Shown: positions 47,225 through 56,234 of the stretch, one piece after another | Layout of the letters: the number at the start of each line of letters is the position of its first letter | How positions within the stretch are numbered: position 1 is the stretch's first letter | Origin: a virus | Reading direction: 5' to 3' (one strand) | DNA: 64,000 bases | IMG/VR virus record: IMGVR_UViG_3300027863_000019 | Coordinates: 32,001 to 96,000 of that record | Made by a program: the position numbers and the translations under genes | Notes under the pieces: model-generated | Seen by the model: only the letters and a program-made list of their open reading frames with translations | What the model was told of the DNA's origin: nothing | Database searches by the model: none

Positions 47225-47653
47225 GTGATGATGGAATTACTAGTTAAACTTCGTTATGAAGATTCAATCCCACCTTCAAAGAAACGTCGTGAAGATGCTG
47301 GGTGGGATTTATATTCTCAAAATGAAGTAACGTTAGCACCCGGAAGTACGGTTCCTTTAGACTGTGGAGTCTCTATTTGGGTGCCAGATGGATTTGCTGG
47401 GATTATCTTTCCTAGAAGTTCTTTTCGAAAACGCGGCTTGACCTGCCATAGCGTCTATGATCATGGGTATACTGGGTTGGTCCAACCGTTTATCACAAAC
47501 GGGTCAAATCAGGCAATTTTAATTGAAAAGGGTGAAAGAGTTTTACAATTCCTTTTCATGCCCGTTTTGCTTGGTGGTCGAGTTCGAATCGTTGAAGACT
47601 TACCTGAATCCGATCGCGGTGAGAACGGAGTAGGATCTACAGGTAGGAAATAA
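47225..47653 (+). CDS. dut: trimeric dUTPase
   Basis: DAGWDL, PRSS, D.GYTG, GERVLQ, RGENGVGSTG. Confidence 0.9.
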   Translation: MMMELLVKLRYEDSIPPSKKRREDAGWDLYSQNEVTLAPGSTVPLDCGVSIWVPDGFAGIIFPRSSFRKRGLTCHSVYDHGYTGLVQPFITNGSNQAILIEKGERVLQFLFMPVLLGGRVRIVEDLPESDRGENGVGSTGRK

Positions 47654-47655
47654 TC

Positions 47656-47919
47656 ATGTTAGCAACAAATGGTCAATATATATTTAGTTTTGTGTGGTGG
47701 GTTTTTAGATTCATTACTTTAGCTGAAGTTGTGGCTATTGTTTATCTGTTTGCCTCGACTTGGAAGCTTAATAAGAGTATCGAAATTACCCAATCTATGA
47801 TGGAAGAAATCATGGAGCTAAAGAAACAGCGCGAAGTTCACTCCGGCGAGATGCTGCGAATGGATCAAAAGTTTTCCGAACTTTACTCTAAACATAAAAG
47901 GAATCCCGAAAATGACTGA
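47656..47919 (+). CDS. membrane/coiled-coil protein
   Basis: N-terminal TM segment + coiled coil. Confidence 0.55.
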   Translation: MLATNGQYIFSFVWWVFRFITLAEVVAIVYLFASTWKLNKSIEITQSMMEEIMELKKQREVHSGEMLRMDQKFSELYSKHKRNPEND

Positions 47920-48367
47920 TTCTGATTGCACACAACATCGTACTTGTACTGGATAGATCTGGATCGATATCAACCGTTAAGGATGACAGGTTGGCAGTTT
48001 TAATCAATTCCTCGAAGAGCAACAAAGTTACTCCAGGTAAAAGCGACAATGACGCTGGCTCAATTTGATAATGAATATGATATCATTTATGACTTCGTCC
48101 CGATTCAGCATATTGCTAAGAGAACAGAGAAGAACTTTAATGGCTAGATTGCTTGATGCTGTTGGTATGACGACTAAAGGTGTCGAACAGTATCTAAGAA
48201 ATCTCCCCGAAAACCAAAGACCCTCAAAAGTTTTTGCGATTCTCACCAGCGGTCATGAAAATGATAGTCGCAAAAATTCCCCCGGTTAAGTTTCATGTTT
48301 TAATGGTAATGCCACGAAAGGAATGTTTGGAACGTGTCCTCATAAAATTGAAAAGGGAGTGATTGTC

Positions 48368-49048
48368 ATGGCTGGAGAGATGTCTTGTATTGTCCTTTTA
48401 AGTGGTGGAATGGATAGTGCTACCTTACTCGCTAAAGCAATTAACGAGTTTGATAAAGTTAGCGCTCTCACTTTAATTTATGGTCAGAAGCATCGTCATG
48501 AATTAAAATGTGCAATGACTTTAACTAAGCACTTTAAAGTTCCCCACAAGGTCTTGGACGTATCGGTTATCAATTCGATTCTTCAAGGTTCGGCGTTAAC
48601 TGATTCTAGAGTGTCTGTTCCAAAAGGGCACTACGAAGATGAATCAATGAAGATGACCGTAGTGCCCGCACGAAATACAATCCTTCTAAGCCTCGCGCTT
48701 GGTTGGTGTATCAGCTGTGGATTTAATACGGTTGCGTATGCTGCACATTCTGGAGATCATGCAATCTATCCCGATTGTCGTCCAGACTATATCGCCGCGA
48801 TGCAAGACGTATTTAATAAAGCGCATTACTGGCCAATTAATCTATATGTACCTTTTATGCACATGGATAAAGGTTCAATCCTTGAAGTTGGATTTAAGTT
48901 GGGTGTTCCGTATGAACATACGTGGACTTGTTATGATCCACAGGGTGAAGAGCCCTTAGCATGTGGAACTTGTGGTAGTTGTACTGAAAGGCTTGAGGGA
49001 TTCGCAAAGAATAAAGTGAAGGATCCCGTTCAATACGTGAAAAGGTAA
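48368..49048 (+). CDS. queC: 7-cyano-7-deazaguanine synthase
   Basis: LSGGMDS, YGQKH, VPARN, YPDCR, TWTCY...CGTCGSC. Confidence 0.95.
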   Translation: MAGEMSCIVLLSGGMDSATLLAKAINEFDKVSALTLIYGQKHRHELKCAMTLTKHFKVPHKVLDVSVINSILQGSALTDSRVSVPKGHYEDESMKMTVVPARNTILLSLALGWCISCGFNTVAYAAHSGDHAIYPDCRPDYIAAMQDVFNKAHYWPINLYVPFMHMDKGSILEVGFKLGVPYEHTWTCYDPQGEEPLACGTCGSCTERLEGFAKNKVKDPVQYVKR

Positions 49049-49053
49049 AACTT

Positions 49054-49503
49054 ATGATTGTCAAACTGATAGCTGCTCTTGAAGTTGATGATGAAGCTTT
49101 TCTTGGAATCGTTGCTGAACTAAAAGAAAAACTTAAAGCTGATGCGAAGATCATCGAGACGAATTCGGATCTTGAAACGCTCCCCGCTATCAGTCAGTAT
49201 TGGTTAGCTCAGCGAGCTGATCTTGAATTCTTTAAAAGGCAAATCGAAAGAGACATTCGAATTGTCTCCGGTCCATTTCTAGCGAAGATTCAAAAATCGC
49301 ATTATGTAACAAGTAAAATTCTTGAAGCAGCGTTGCAGGAAGATCAAGAGTATGCCAAATTAATGGATAAGCTGTCAAGAATAACTTATGTCTTGGACTT
49401 AATTAATTCGACTGTCACTAGCCTTTGGTTCAAACGCGATTCACTTGTGAACCTTTCTATCACTCAGAGAAAACAGCTGTCATTTGAACAGCGCGAGTAC
49501 TAG
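49054..49503 (+). CDS. hypothetical helical protein (possible UvsY-like mediator)
   Basis: Helical composition; position before SSB and RecA. Confidence 0.45.
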   Translation: MIVKLIAALEVDDEAFLGIVAELKEKLKADAKIIETNSDLETLPAISQYWLAQRADLEFFKRQIERDIRIVSGPFLAKIQKSHYVTSKILEAALQEDQEYAKLMDKLSRITYVLDLINSTVTSLWFKRDSLVNLSITQRKQLSFEQREY

Positions 49504-49524
49504 AAATGGGTAGCGGAGTTTATA

Positions 49525-49596
49525 ATCCTTTTGCATGGCTTGAGGCTGGATTCATCCAGCTCTCTAGAAGCCCTCTGAAGCCGTGGGAACATTCAC
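49525..49596 (+). mobile_element. IS200/IS605 right-end repeat (copy 8)
   Basis: ggcttgaggctggattcatccagctctctagaagccctctg identical to copy 6; ends attcac. Confidence 0.72.
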
Positions 49597-49650
49597 AATA
49601 AACAATATAAACTTTTAAACAGTGTTTAATTACACAGGAGGAGAACTGCT

Positions 49651-50472
49651 ATGACATTCTTAGACGCACTAAAGAAACAGTTGGACCCGGAGTCATTTCG
49701 TAAGCTTGCTGATGTCCGCTCTGCGGTAGAAGGCCGTTTTATGAAACTCGCTGACGGTATTAATACCGTCAGGATCTTGCCTGCTTATAAAGAAGGTGGA
49801 TTATGGTTTCGGGAAGTAAGGAACCACTTTAAAGTTGGTGGTGGAGAAAGAAATCGTGTGTGCGTTTGTAACGCTGCCGAGACTCCTCCATCAAGATGTT
49901 TCGTCGACGATGCTATTACAGTCTTAGCAATGTCGCCGAGTAAGGAAGATCAGGAAGCGGCTCGTAATATGAAAGCTAGTCGGGTCTTCTGGGTTAACGC
50001 TTATGATGTGAAAGCCGAAGAGCCCGTGGTAAAAATTTTACCTTTGAGCTTTACTGTCTTTGGACAGGTCTTTCAGCTATTCATAAGCGGCGAAGACTTC
50101 GTTCATCCCGAGACTGGATTCAATGTGATTATTACAAAGAACCCGGGAAATCGATATAACGTCCGTTTAGATCGTCAATCTTCGGCGATCGCTAACGAAG
50201 ACCTGCTAGGTCAATGTCATGACCTGGATGCAATAGTTCAAAATCAGCGTCGTAGTTATGAAGAGCAGAAAGGTTACTTTCCGCCTGAACTAGTTGCTCG
50301 TGTTGAGAGCTCTTTAGGTGGAGGTAAATCTTTTGAGGGTACTGGCACTATTACTCCAGAAGCACCTATCAAAGAAGCTAAAGATACTGGAGGAGATAAT
50401 ATCAAATCTGGTATGGATAAGTTGAAAGGTGCAATCGCAGGCGAAAAAGTCGTTCTCGGCGAGATCGACTAA
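49651..50472 (+). CDS. single-stranded DNA-binding protein (gp32-like)
   Basis: G.NTVRILP, H...C...C, P.TGFNV.I.K; precedes RecA. Confidence 0.75.
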   Translation: MTFLDALKKQLDPESFRKLADVRSAVEGRFMKLADGINTVRILPAYKEGGLWFREVRNHFKVGGGERNRVCVCNAAETPPSRCFVDDAITVLAMSPSKEDQEAARNMKASRVFWVNAYDVKAEEPVVKILPLSFTVFGQVFQLFISGEDFVHPETGFNVIITKNPGNRYNVRLDRQSSAIANEDLLGQCHDLDAIVQNQRRSYEEQKGYFPPELVARVESSLGGGKSFEGTGTITPEAPIKEAKDTGGDNIKSGMDKLKGAIAGEKVVLGEID

Positions 50473-50480
50473 TTATCTCA

Positions 50481-51530
50481 ATGATCATGCCCGGGGGCTT
50501 TGGCTCCCGGGCTTCTAGAGTTTATATGAGCCAACTGCGCGAAAAGTTAGGTGCTTTAGATCTAGACTCTCCTGAATGCCACGCCAACGTCAAGGAATTT
50601 ATTCCGTCTGGAATTCCTACATTTGATATTATTACAGGAAGAGGTGGAATTCCTGTAGGAAGAACTATCAGCTTAGTAGGAGAACCTGGAACTGGAAAAA
50701 GTTCTCTTGTCTATTCAATTCTTTCATCCGTTCAAAAACGTGGGGGAATTAGTGTTCTCATCGATAGTGAATACTCTTTGGAGGTTGAGCGAGCCAGGAT
50801 TGTAGGTCTAGACACTAATGAACTAATTAAATTCGAAGATGTACAACTTGAGCAAATAGTTCCTCTCATAGAAAACGTTATAAAGCTTGTAAGAGCAGAT
50901 AATCCTGATAAGTTGTTATGTATTGCTTTAGATACATGTTCTGCGCTTGCGAGCGAATCTGACCTGTCTATGGCAGAGGGAAAGTCAACTCAGCCCGGAA
51001 TGCACGCACGATATTTCAGTCAAGCTTTTCGAAAAATTGTTGGTTTGATTGCAAAGACTCGCGTTGCATTAATCTTAGTACATCAACCAAGAACGAAAAT
51101 TATGACGATGGGTTATGGAAGTCCTTTAACGTGGTTAGCTAAAAACCCTACCACGTTTTACTCTTCCATGATTTTCCAGCTTGCTAGATTTCGTTATGTC
51201 AAGCAAGGACAAGATCCCATTGGCATTGAAGTTAAAGCAAAATGCATTCGTAATAAGTTAGCACCCCCTTTAAAGGCTTGTAACTTTATCGTTCGCTGGG
51301 ATTCAGGAGTAGATGGAGTAACTCCAATTTTGGATCTGCTTATTATGGCAAAAATTGCACTTAAAAAAGGAGCTTGGACAACATTGCCGAATGACGTAAA
51401 AGTTCAGTCAAGTACTTTTCGTGACTACTACCGTGAACATTCAGAACAAGTAGATTTGTGGGTAAAAGAAGCAATGGAAAATTTGACTGATGCTGACATG
51501 GACGAAGAAAAAGATCCAGAGGTAGACTAA
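50481..51530 (+). CDS. RecA/UvsX-like recombinase
   Basis: GGIPVGR, GEPGTGKS, IDSE, RNKLAPP; start may be 50526. Confidence 0.9.
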   Translation: MIMPGGFGSRASRVYMSQLREKLGALDLDSPECHANVKEFIPSGIPTFDIITGRGGIPVGRTISLVGEPGTGKSSLVYSILSSVQKRGGISVLIDSEYSLEVERARIVGLDTNELIKFEDVQLEQIVPLIENVIKLVRADNPDKLLCIALDTCSALASESDLSMAEGKSTQPGMHARYFSQAFRKIVGLIAKTRVALILVHQPRTKIMTMGYGSPLTWLAKNPTTFYSSMIFQLARFRYVKQGQDPIGIEVKAKCIRNKLAPPLKACNFIVRWDSGVDGVTPILDLLIMAKIALKKGAWTTLPNDVKVQSSTFRDYYREHSEQVDLWVKEAMENLTDADMDEEKDPEVD

Positions 51531-51532
51531 AA

Positions 51533-51667
51533 ATGGTGAGAAAGGAAGGTAGTAAGTGGGTTGTACGCGCTGAATCAACTGGACGTATTCTTGGAAAGCA
51601 TCCTACTAAACGGGAAGCTTTAAGGCAACTGAGAGCCGTTGAGGCGAACAAACACGGGAAAAAATAA
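51533..51667 (+). CDS. small basic phage protein (44 aa)
   Basis: Manual translation MVRKEGSKWVVRAESTGRILGKHPTKREALRQLRAVEANKHGKK. Confidence 0.65.
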   Translation: MVRKEGSKWVVRAESTGRILGKHPTKREALRQLRAVEANKHGKK

Positions 51668-51730
51668 GCGCGATCCAGCAATTATCTTTAAAACTTCAAG
51701 CCAATTTTGATTGGTATGTAGCAATCGTCA

Positions 51731-51744
51731 GAGGGAGCATTCAC
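51731..51744 (+). mobile_element. truncated IS right-end repeat (copy 9)
   Basis: gagggagcattcac. Confidence 0.55.
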
Positions 51745-51756
51745 GCGAGGTTAGCA

Positions 51757-52305
51757 TTGAAGAACAATATTGAATTGCATAAACAGGCTTTTGAATTATA
51801 CGTTCAAGGGTTGACGCTCGAAGAAATTGCAGGTAAATTAAATGTTAGCCCCAATACTTTAAAGTATTGGAAGTCAGCGCACTGCAAGTGTACCTGTTCA
51901 TATCATGCTTGGGTGGATTTCAAAAGAAAGATGCAAGTTCAAGTCCCTCAAGTAGTTTCTGAGGCAGTAGTTACAGCTCTTCAACCCAAATATACCGCTC
52001 ATCAATTAATCGGTCTCTTAGAATCTATTTGCTCTGACGCGTTAGAAAATAAGAAGCTTAGACCTCAGACATGGAAAGAACTTTTAGAAACATTTAAATT
52101 AATCCTTGAATTAAAACGTGCGTATGGAACAGAAGAAACAGTTGAAAGTTCCTTTGATATTTTTCGAGTTAAAGGTAAACTGGATATTCACAAATTTGTT
52201 AATGACTTCATGAAGGTGGCAGAAACTCAAGGAGATGTTGAGGCAACCGAAGTTGCAGCATTAATTGAACACACTTTAGGGAGAACGCATGATACTGAAA
52301 GCTAA
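51757..52305 (+). CDS. putative terminase small subunit (HTH)
   Basis: AFELY..G.TLEEIA.KL.VS.NTL..WK; upstream of TerL. Confidence 0.6.
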   Translation: MKNNIELHKQAFELYVQGLTLEEIAGKLNVSPNTLKYWKSAHCKCTCSYHAWVDFKRKMQVQVPQVVSEAVVTALQPKYTAHQLIGLLESICSDALENKKLRPQTWKELLETFKLILELKRAYGTEETVESSFDIFRVKGKLDIHKFVNDFMKVAETQGDVEATEVAALIEHTLGRTHDTES

Positions 52306-52888
52306 TTGGTTATTGGGCGTAGCTTTTACCGGATCTGAAGGTAGTGGTAAAACTACATTGATTAATCGTCTCGCGGAAGTTTTAAACGTCCCTAAAACCG
52401 TTAACGTTGTCAGAGAAGCGGTAAAGGAAATGGGTTTAGAAAAGCCTCCCGTTTTTGGAACTGACAAAGAACTAACCAGAGAATTCCAATCTTGGTTACT
52501 CCAGAAACGATCGATTAGAGAAAAGTTTATACTCAGTCCATTTCTCGCTGATCGTTCATCTATTGATATGTTTGCATATACTCTAAGTCATCTTGCGCGT
52601 GAAGACGATATGCAAGCTTTTCTTAACGATTACTATCGCCAGTGTGTTGACTACGCAAAGTCAATGTACGAGTTTCATTTCTTCGTACCTTCAGGAAGGA
52701 TTCCGTTGGTTGATGATGGCCTTCGAAATACTCAACCAAACAACGCCCGTTTAATGCATTTCATTATATTGGGCATGTTGAATAACGAAAATATTAAACA
52801 CCACGTAATCCAAGCATCAGGGCTGGATGATAGGGTTGATGAGGTGTTGTGGGTAATGAGGGAGAATGGCCTCATCAAGTCAGTTTAA
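52289..52888 (+). CDS. P-loop kinase/ATPase (AAA_28-like)
   Basis: FTGSEGSGKTT, DRS..D..AY, DDGLR. Confidence 0.8.
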   Translation: MILKANWLLGVAFTGSEGSGKTTLINRLAEVLNVPKTVNVVREAVKEMGLEKPPVFGTDKELTREFQSWLLQKRSIREKFILSPFLADRSSIDMFAYTLSHLAREDDMQAFLNDYYRQCVDYAKSMYEFHFFVPSGRIPLVDDGLRNTQPNNARLMHFIILGMLNNENIKHHVIQASGLDDRVDEVLWVMRENGLIKSV

Positions 52889-55382
52889 GCTGAGTCAACT
52901 AAAAAAGAATGAACTCCAAGTACTTCGAACCGCAGCAGAAGAACGATTCGACTTCTTCAATGCTGCCTTTCTCGACACGATTCTTCAGCCATTTCATCAG
53001 AGATGGTTTGAATTTCAAATGGCGAATCCGAGGACCTTAGTACTTGGTCCTCGTGGTTCGTGGAAGTGCGTTGGTGATGATACTCTTGTCGCTACTCGCG
53101 AAGGTCTGCAGTACTTAAAAGAAGTTCTTCCTTATAGTGAAGTAACCCTCCCCTTCTCTACTTCAACGGATTTAATTGTCAATTCATGTCTCGGCGAAGC
53201 TAAAGCTACGCAATTATTCTCTAATGGTATTGATAATATCTTAGAGATCGAGACTGAAGATGGCTATGTTCTAAGATGTACTCCTGAACATCGTTGGCTA
53301 GTGTGGAATGGTTATCATCTTAAATTTCGTGAAGCTCAAGCCCTAACTCCTCACGATCGATTTGTCTTCCGTTGTAACTGGCGTTGTTTCGTTCCTAAAG
53401 ATTCGAATCCCTTTAACGTTTCTCCGGAACTTTGGTTCTCAGCGCTTAGCTATTTCTATGCTGCTTATCCGAACTGGCATACAATTTGGAGGGCAACTAG
53501 AACTCGTCAGCAAATTGGGATTCCACTTTGGCGCCACTTTAACCATAAAGAATGGAAATCCCTTCCCCCCGAATTCGAAAAATATTTACAAGAAAATGGA
53601 TTTGATGGAAGCCCATTGCTTCCTAAACCATTAAGAGCTTGTACCTTTTCTGCGGCTAGAACTATTGCGAAAACTTTATGGTGGTATAATCGTTATATAA
53701 AGTTCACGCAGCCTCAAGCCATTGAAGTACAGAAATGGTTTTTAAATTTAGGATTTCCTTTAACACGTTATGGTTCTACGTTACTCCAGAAGAGCGCCAC
53801 ATTGCGTAAGTACTTTTGGAATTTGTTAAATGGATATACCGACACTTGTGATTACACAGAATCTCAAATTGCTGAACTTGCGGGAATATTGGCTGTTGAA
53901 ATTCAAAGAGATCCTTTTGTTGCTCCTATCACTAAGTTTAAGCTTGAGAAGGAATGCAAGTTGGATTTCAAACGCTATCCTAAGAAAGCACAAAGATTTG
54001 TTGAACAAAATTTAAGTGTCATTCCTGGCATTAAAAACTTTTCGTTCTTGTTTAAGTTTCCTCACTTCTTGCAACGCATTAAAGAAATAAAGAAGTCAAA
54101 AGGCTTAACAATTGATTTAACAACTACTGAAGGAAATTATTTAGCGAGTGGCGCAGTTTGTCATAACTCCACAATACTTGGACAGCATTATGCTATTTGG
54201 CATGCACTTCGTAATCCAAATATTCGAATTGGATTAATTTCTAAATCCTCACTTCTCTCATCAAGTTTCGTTAGTAAAATTAAAAATATGCTTGAGACCA
54301 ATGCCAAGATGCAAATGGTCTGGCCTGATTTAATTCAACCAGCAAAGGCGCAGAAGTGGAATAATGCGGAAGTGACTTTGATGCGTTCAATGCCGTTAGC
54401 GGAAGCTACATTTACTGCTCTTGGTGTTGGATCGACCTTGGCTGGTAAGCACTTTGATATTTTAATCTTTGATGATATTGTAGATGTTGAATCAAGAGAT
54501 TCTGCTGCTTTACGGCGTAAAATTTGGGATTGGTTTAGATTTGTTGCAATGCCAACTTTAAGCGTATCACATGAGACTGCTGCACACGTAATTGGAACTG
54601 CTTATCATAGAGAAGATTTATATCATAAAATCTTATTAATGGAAGCTGAGCAAGGTGGTTGGAAGTCAATGATTCAAGCTGCTATTAATGATGACGGCAC
54701 ATCTTTTTGGGAAGAGAATTTCCCTTTAGAGAAACTACAACAAATTGAAGCTATGTACGGACCTGATGTATTCAGGTTACAGTACCAGAATGATGTTAGT
54801 TTCTCGAGTGGTAGTGGTTTGATTTCGGTTGAAGATTTTGAAATGAGTTACTATGAGCCCCATGAAGCAATACCCGATAACTTAGATATCGTAATGGGAG
54901 TCGATCTCGCAGCACCAGGTACTGATAAGTCAAACCAACATAGTATGTTTGCTATCGCGATCGTTGGTCAGGAAAGAGGAACTAGTAGAACATTCCTTCT
55001 TGACTTTATTCAAAGAAGAAACTTGAGACTTGTCGATCAGCGCGACTTAGTTACTAGTTTTTACTTGCGCTATCCCCACATGCACTCAGTTCAGATTGAA
55101 GCGTATGCTGTTCAAACTTACTTTCATGAGTATCTAGCAGAAGGAGATGTTGTCCTTCCTGTTGTGAAAGTTCATACTACTGGATCAAAAGAATCGCGCT
55201 TCGAATTTCTAACCCACCTAGTTAAATCCCAAAAGCTACTCATCCGTCGTGATTATCATAACGAATTTATCAATGAGATGATAAGCTTTCCAAATACAAC
55301 TGCTGACCTAATTGACGCTGTTTATATTGCGGTGAAGGGATTGGTCCGTGAACCAAATATAAGATTTGTAAGTTTATGGTAA
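52866..55382 (+). CDS. terminase large subunit, intein-containing
   Basis: PRGSWK[intein]ST, IFDD, IGT, RuvC-like GVDLA, DLIDA. Confidence 0.92.
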   Translation: MASSSQFKLSQLKKNELQVLRTAAEERFDFFNAAFLDTILQPFHQRWFEFQMANPRTLVLGPRGSWKCVGDDTLVATREGLQYLKEVLPYSEVTLPFSTSTDLIVNSCLGEAKATQLFSNGIDNILEIETEDGYVLRCTPEHRWLVWNGYHLKFREAQALTPHDRFVFRCNWRCFVPKDSNPFNVSPELWFSALSYFYAAYPNWHTIWRATRTRQQIGIPLWRHFNHKEWKSLPPEFEKYLQENGFDGSPLLPKPLRACTFSAARTIAKTLWWYNRYIKFTQPQAIEVQKWFLNLGFPLTRYGSTLLQKSATLRKYFWNLLNGYTDTCDYTESQIAELAGILAVEIQRDPFVAPITKFKLEKECKLDFKRYPKKAQRFVEQNLSVIPGIKNFSFLFKFPHFLQRIKEIKKSKGLTIDLTTTEGNYLASGAVCHNSTILGQHYAIWHALRNPNIRIGLISKSSLLSSSFVSKIKNMLETNAKMQMVWPDLIQPAKAQKWNNAEVTLMRSMPLAEATFTALGVGSTLAGKHFDILIFDDIVDVESRDSAALRRKIWDWFRFVAMPTLSVSHETAAHVIGTAYHREDLYHKILLMEAEQGGWKSMIQAAINDDGTSFWEENFPLEKLQQIEAMYGPDVFRLQYQNDVSFSSGSGLISVEDFEMSYYEPHEAIPDNLDIVMGVDLAAPGTDKSNQHSMFAIAIVGQERGTSRTFLLDFIQRRNLRLVDQRDLVTSFYLRYPHMHSVQIEAYAVQTYFHEYLAEGDVVLPVVKVHTTGSKESRFEFLTHLVKSQKLLIRRDYHNEFINEMISFPNTTADLIDAVYIAVKGLVREPNIRFVSLW
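53067..54167 (+). mobile_element. intein (367 aa) with degenerate endonuclease region
   Basis: CVGDDT start, CTPEH, NYLASGAVCHN|S end; no intact LAGLIDADG motifs. Confidence 0.88.
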
Positions 55383-55541
55383 TGATTTTATGTGGTTACA
55401 ACTACGCAAGGTGAATGGACTAGAAATAATAAAGAACGTAAACGAGCAAACTTTTGGGATTTTCGAATCCCCGTGTTTGTGTCCCTCTAGAAAATTTCTG
55501 ACAAAATGACTTTAGTAGGTCGGCCTGTAAGGAGCAATACT

Positions 55542-55778
55542 ATGGCAAACAATAAATTAGGTTATGATGTCATTAGTCTATATGATGATTTCCCGCTAGC
55601 TGAGGAAGGTAAGGTGGATGGACTTCCAACAGTTGTCCCCGCCGGAAAATTCGGCATGTCGGTTACAACGATTGGAACTCCTGGCGCTTTAAATAAGCCG
55701 GGTGAAGTTAGTGTTGGCGGTTCTCCAGAGACTCCAAAGAAACCTGGTGGAGATGTCAACATCGGTGGAAATAAGTAA
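55542..55778 (+). CDS. Gly/Pro-rich small protein
   Basis: aggag RBS before ATG 55542. Confidence 0.55.
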   Translation: MANNKLGYDVISLYDDFPLAEEGKVDGLPTVVPAGKFGMSVTTIGTPGALNKPGEVSVGGSPETPKKPGGDVNIGGNK

Positions 55779-55799
55779 AAATTTTTGGAGGTGAACTTC

Positions 55800-55994
55800 A
55801 TGAAAGACGTTCGCAAGTATATTGGTCAACCTGGTGGAACTGTAACAACTCCTGGTGATAAGCCTGTAGCACCTAAACCTGGTGGAACTGTTACAACTCC
55901 AGGGACCAAACCAACAGCAGGAAAACCTGGCGGGACCATGAACTGGCTGCCTGGCAAGGGCAACGTTGGAGTAACACCAGAGAAATATGGTTAA
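55800..55994 (+). CDS. Gly/Pro/Thr repeat small protein
   Basis: ggaggtg RBS; PGGTVTTPG.KP repeats. Confidence 0.6.
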   Translation: MKDVRKYIGQPGGTVTTPGDKPVAPKPGGTVTTPGTKPTAGKPGGTMNWLPGKGNVGVTPEKYG

Positions 55995-55997
55995 CCA

Positions 55998-56033
55998 TTA
56001 AAGGAGTTAGTTGCCCTTAACTAACTCCTTTAA
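55998..56033 (+). terminator. hairpin/terminator
   Basis: ttaaaggagttagtt / aactaactcctttaa. Confidence 0.6.
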
Positions 56034-56117
56034 TCTGGGACCTATTATTTTGGTTTCGTCAAATTAAAAACTGAACGTTTTTTCGTTCAGTATTTTCAAT
56101 TACGTGATGAGGTTTGC

Positions 56118-56234
56118 GTGTCCTTACTAGACCGACCGGCTGAGAAAAGAACGAACTACAACTTTTTTGATTTAATCAATTCAGAAGAGAAAACTTATTG
56201 GTTAGGGTTTCTTTATGCTGAGGGAGCTATATAG
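56118..56234 (+). pseudogene. LAGLIDADG homing endonuclease remnant (38 aa)
   Basis: NFFDLINSEEKTYWLGFLYAEGAI then stop. Confidence 0.72.

Noticed and set aside
56215-56227. gctgagggagc resembling the IS right-end repeat
   Set aside because: Lacks ATTCAC and is explained as codons YAEGA of the LAGLIDADG remnant.
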